Below, piece after piece: positions 60,357 through 64,000 of a DNA stretch of 64,000 nt. How positions within the stretch are numbered: the first letter of the stretch is position 1; the number at the start of each line of letters is the position of its first letter. The position numbers were made by a program, and so were the translations under genes. This DNA is from Heterodontus francisci. Lineage: Eukaryota. The notes beneath the pieces are model-generated. The model saw only the letters and a program-made list of their open reading frames with translations. It was not told the origin of the DNA and did no database searches. The stretch spans positions 5,743,492-5,807,491 of the forward strand of contig NC_090418.1 of NCBI RefSeq assembly GCF_036365525.1, in the 5' to 3' direction.

Positions 60357-63080
60357 GAACTGCTGCCGGGGATGGGGGGTGGGGGGGGAGGAATGCTGGG
60401 GAGATGGAGGGCGGAGGGGAGCAGGGAAACCCAGCTACACTGCTGCCTCAAACAAAGCTACGTCTGAGCGACTCTGCGTCACGCAGAACACAAAGAATTC
60501 GCTGCTCGCTCATCCAAGGAAGGCTGACGGCCTTGTATTCTCATCCCTGTTTGTTATACTGGCTTGGAAACCCCATCACTTCGACGCTTTGGACTTTAGG
60601 ATGTGTTGTGTTTCGTGCTTTGCAAAGCTGGTTGAAGTAGTGAGTGATTGCGAGAATAGTTTCGTGCCTGGGGGAATTTGAGTTCTTTGACCAGAATTGT
60701 GGTGTCAATTGGTGATTGGAGGAGCCACAGGTATCTGAATCCAGTATTACGGGTTGAACCAACACCATAAATTGACTGAGTTCATAGTTTGCTTTACAAG
60801 GGAGAGGAACTAGGCACACATTGTGTCAGCCTTGCAATTCAGAACTGAAATATCAAAGCTCCGTCGCCCCCGACCTTAAAGCTACCTTAACCCCAACCTC
60901 CAGATATCATTTCCACATCACGTCAGTGCGAGCTTCTTCAATCTTCTCACAAGCATCCTTGTGGCCCCGTCTCGATGCGAGTCTCAAAGGCACCAGACGG
61001 GAGTTTGGTCCTGTGAGCTCCAGCGGGCAGCTCGACGCTGCGAAACCCTCACTTCAGACTCTTGCATCGGAGAGAAAATTCTCATTCCATCAGTGTGGAA
61101 TCCAGGTTCCAGATGGAAGAATGCTGTGCCTCCCCCTGAGCATCCAGTAAATAATGCTAATCTTTAATATTTGGACTGTGCATTGTGAAGAGGATAAAAG
61201 CATGTTTCCCCATACCGTTCTCACCAACTTGCAGAACCCAGGGACGGCTGGCTTTATTAAATCTGAGTTGGAATCCATTCTACACCAGTTGTGCAAAGAG
61301 CCCCAGAATTCTGTTGCTGGAGTCTTGAGGCTCTGGCGGTGCATTCTGAATCCCAATTTGTGGCGTCTTCATCGCCATGCCCCTGCAGCTGTCTAAGCTG
61401 TGCCTCGCACTCTGCTAATGCTGTATTATAACTGGCCATGCTACACGAGGCGAGAGAGTGGCTCGTGGCACCTTCCCTTTTGGCCCAGCAGCCTTTGTCG
61501 GAAGGCCCCTGTGACCCAGCTGAGATTGCCATCCTGCCATGTGCGTTGGTTCCCCAACCCTTGGCTGCACTGCTCCAGCTCCTTGAAACACACACAGCAG
61601 TAAAGCAAGTGGCTGAGCCCGAATCAGTTAGCAAATTCTCCAGTCCCCTTGAGGCAACACGGGACGGGCAATGAATGTGGCTGCCCACACCCCCAGACCC
61701 GATTGTAACATAAACGATGGGACTGGCACCATAACTGGAGATGTGCCGCACCCCTGCTGCTCCTGCTTGCATGTGTAATGGGATAACTACGCAGATTTAA
61801 TTAAGTATTTTAACCTGATCACAAGGATTTTCACCAGAGAATGGTGATTGAACCATTCACCAGATGCACTTTACTGATCCTTTAGCCAAGCTCTGCAACC
61901 ATTACTGTAAGTGCACGAAGTCAGCACTGGCTTGTTTGACACACCGAGTGACTCCAGACACCAGAGAGCTTGGTTACAGTGGAGTGTTTTGGGGACCTAC
62001 CCCTGCAACAAGGACCATGTCCGAATTAGGACTAATTTAGCAGTCAGCTTTAGAAATGACTGTATCAATATGAAATGCATCCTCGGTCACTAATGGGGAG
62101 ATGGTTTACAGCTTATAACCTTGTAAAGGAAGCGATAATGTGTTCATTTCATAGGCTTAATGTGACAAAACAAAAACAGGGCGGGAAGTGATGATTTTGC
62201 TGTCTGTATATCGTAGCAGAATGCAAATGTTGTGAGTGCTACCATTTAACTCACTAATTATGGCTTGTTCACTCGTCCTCTCACTTGAAGGAACACTATG
62301 TAAATGGGAAAGAGGTTGGGGGTTGAGAAGGGAGCTACTTCAAGCCATTCATCAATGGGCCAAACATTTCAGAATGATATTATCCAACTGCATCTTTCTG
62401 TCAGGTGGCAGTCGCTGTCCACTCATTTCTGTGGGGCCTATCGTTGCTCTGCTCCTGCGGATTGCAAAATGCTGCTCTTTATCTAGCTGTGTGTTTAGCG
62501 GTGACTCTGCTAACAGGTTAAGGGGCTGAGGTGAAATTTATTCTGTATATATATGTTTATAGTGAAGCTAAGAATCAGTGGTTTGACGACTGTTTGAGCG
62601 CTGTCAGGATTATTCTCTCACTCTAGGTTGAGGGAAAAGCTTCATTGACCATAGAAAGCAGATGGAACGAAGCAGAGATTTCTACCATTCTGTTCTTCAC
62701 ACTCCAACCCCAATGTACCATGACGTCATGCTTTTCACAAATTACCTGGATTTCTTGATTCAGAACTGAAATCTTGGCCAATTGTGTTGGGAGCAGTATT
62801 CTTGGAAATTGTGTGAACTCGTAATTTTTTTTTCCCAAGTAGTCTCTCAAATTATACACCTCGAAGCTGCACAGTGTAACCCGGGTACTGCTGGCTTGGT
62901 GTCTCCTCTTGGGAACTTTAAGAGGTGACTGGTGACGCTGTCGAGAGTTGACGCAGTGACAGGTGAACTGGTGTGCTTCTGATCTATCATACGACAGTCC
63001 CTTTGCCACTTATAGTCAGCAGCAACACCAATGTTGGTTATGCCACGCTGACTGAAAATGGTGGGAAGGGTGTTGCAGTG
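60357..63080 (+). other. Probable 3' UTR of TRAPPC14 (3' end undetermined)
   Basis: Directly follows the stop codon. About 2.7 kb without recognisable retroposons, unlike the introns. No AATAAA seen; ATTAAA near 61256. Confidence 0.45.
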
Positions 63081-63444
63081 GGCCTCAGGACCTTTTGTTG
63101 GCTCCATGCCTCCCAATGCATGAAATTCTCAATCCTCGTCCTCCATTGACAATTCCTTCCGTGGCGCCTCGCCACCCTCAACCTCCACGACTGCCTCCAT
63201 CTTTAGCTCTCTGCTTCTGGTCTCGTGCGTCCTCACCACCCGTCCCCGTGCTCCCACCATTCAGGACAGATCTGTGCTTGGAAGGAAGCATGCAATACCC
63301 TGTGAGCTCGAAATCACAGTTAGAGACTGGAACATCGTTCGATTTTTCTCAGTGCTGCCCTTCAGACACAAAGGCTGTGCCTGTTGTGTCTATGATTGTC
63401 CATCAGTGCCATGCTTTTCAGTATATTGTTTTTTCAGTACACTG

Positions 63445-63540
63445 CTGAAGCCTCAACTCCCATGGGGGGTCACCTGACCTGAAGCCCTAGCTCCCATGGG
63501 GGGGGGGGGGGTCACCTGACCTGAAGCCCTAGCTCCCATG
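63445..63540. repeat. Short tandem duplication CTGAAGCCCTAGCTCCCATG(G)nTCACCTGAC, about 2.5 copies
   Basis: Direct reading; copies differ mainly in G-run length. Confidence 0.85.
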
Positions 63541-63579
63541 AGTCTCCTGGTAATTACGATCTGTGAATTTCAATGGTTA

Positions 63580-63925
63580 ATTGACTTGATTTGATTAAAT
63601 TTTCAAGATATTAAGGGGAATAGATAGAGTAAATAAGAGACTATTTCCCCTGGTTGGGGAGTCTAGGACCAGGGGGCATAGACTAAAAATGAGAGCCAGA
63701 CCTTTCAGGAGTGAAATTAGGAAACACTTCTACACTCAAAAGATGGTAGAAGTTTGGAACTCTCTTCTGCAAATGACAATAGACGCAGATCAATTCACTT
63801 GAAATCTGAGATTAATACATTTTTGTTAACCAAAGGTATTGAGGGATATGGGCAAAGGTTGGTATATGGAGTTAGGTTGCAGATCAGGAACAGTCTCAAG
63901 GGGCTGAATGGCCTCCTCCTGTTGT
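63580..63925 (+). mobile_element. CR1 3' fragment
   Basis: Close reverse complement of 38172-38550. Confidence 0.82.
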
Positions 63926-64000
63926 CGTGTTTGTATCTGTACTGCCAGCGGTGTCACATTGCTGCTGTAAAGAATAGTCGTGGGGTTGGCACCTGGCAAT

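Noticed and set aside
60323-63477. Short ORFs downstream of TRAPPC14 (e.g. 61257-61772, 171 aa)
   Set aside because: No recognisable domains or exon structure; consistent with chance ORFs in UTR or intergenic DNA.

Overview
Vertebrate nuclear DNA, very probably from a cartilaginous fish (shark), judged from HE1-type V-SINEs, Deu-domain SINEs and dense CR1/L2/Penelope repeats. The window holds ten GT-AG coding exons on the + strand (22305-60356). They splice in phase into 1344 nt (447 aa + TAG) that I recognise as TRAPPC14 (C7orf43/MAP11), exons 2-11 by human numbering. Exon 1 was not found and probably lies upstream. The introns are largely retroposon debris, including a near-full-length but disabled CR1 LINE. 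They also hold four tandem arrays: a C-rich 20-mer beside a 177-N gap, a 5.5 kb 17/18/19-mer C-rich satellite ending just before exon 3, a 38-bp minisatellite that arose inside a CR1 ORF2, and a 7x29-bp hairpin repeat. I found no convincing new multi-gene system. The most interesting signals are the AG-free branchpoint/polypyrimidine array with an in-frame alternative acceptor, the LINE-derived palindromic minisatellite, Penelope-associated hammerhead-ribozyme motifs and a locally templated insertion. All family names come from my recognition of motifs, not from database searches.
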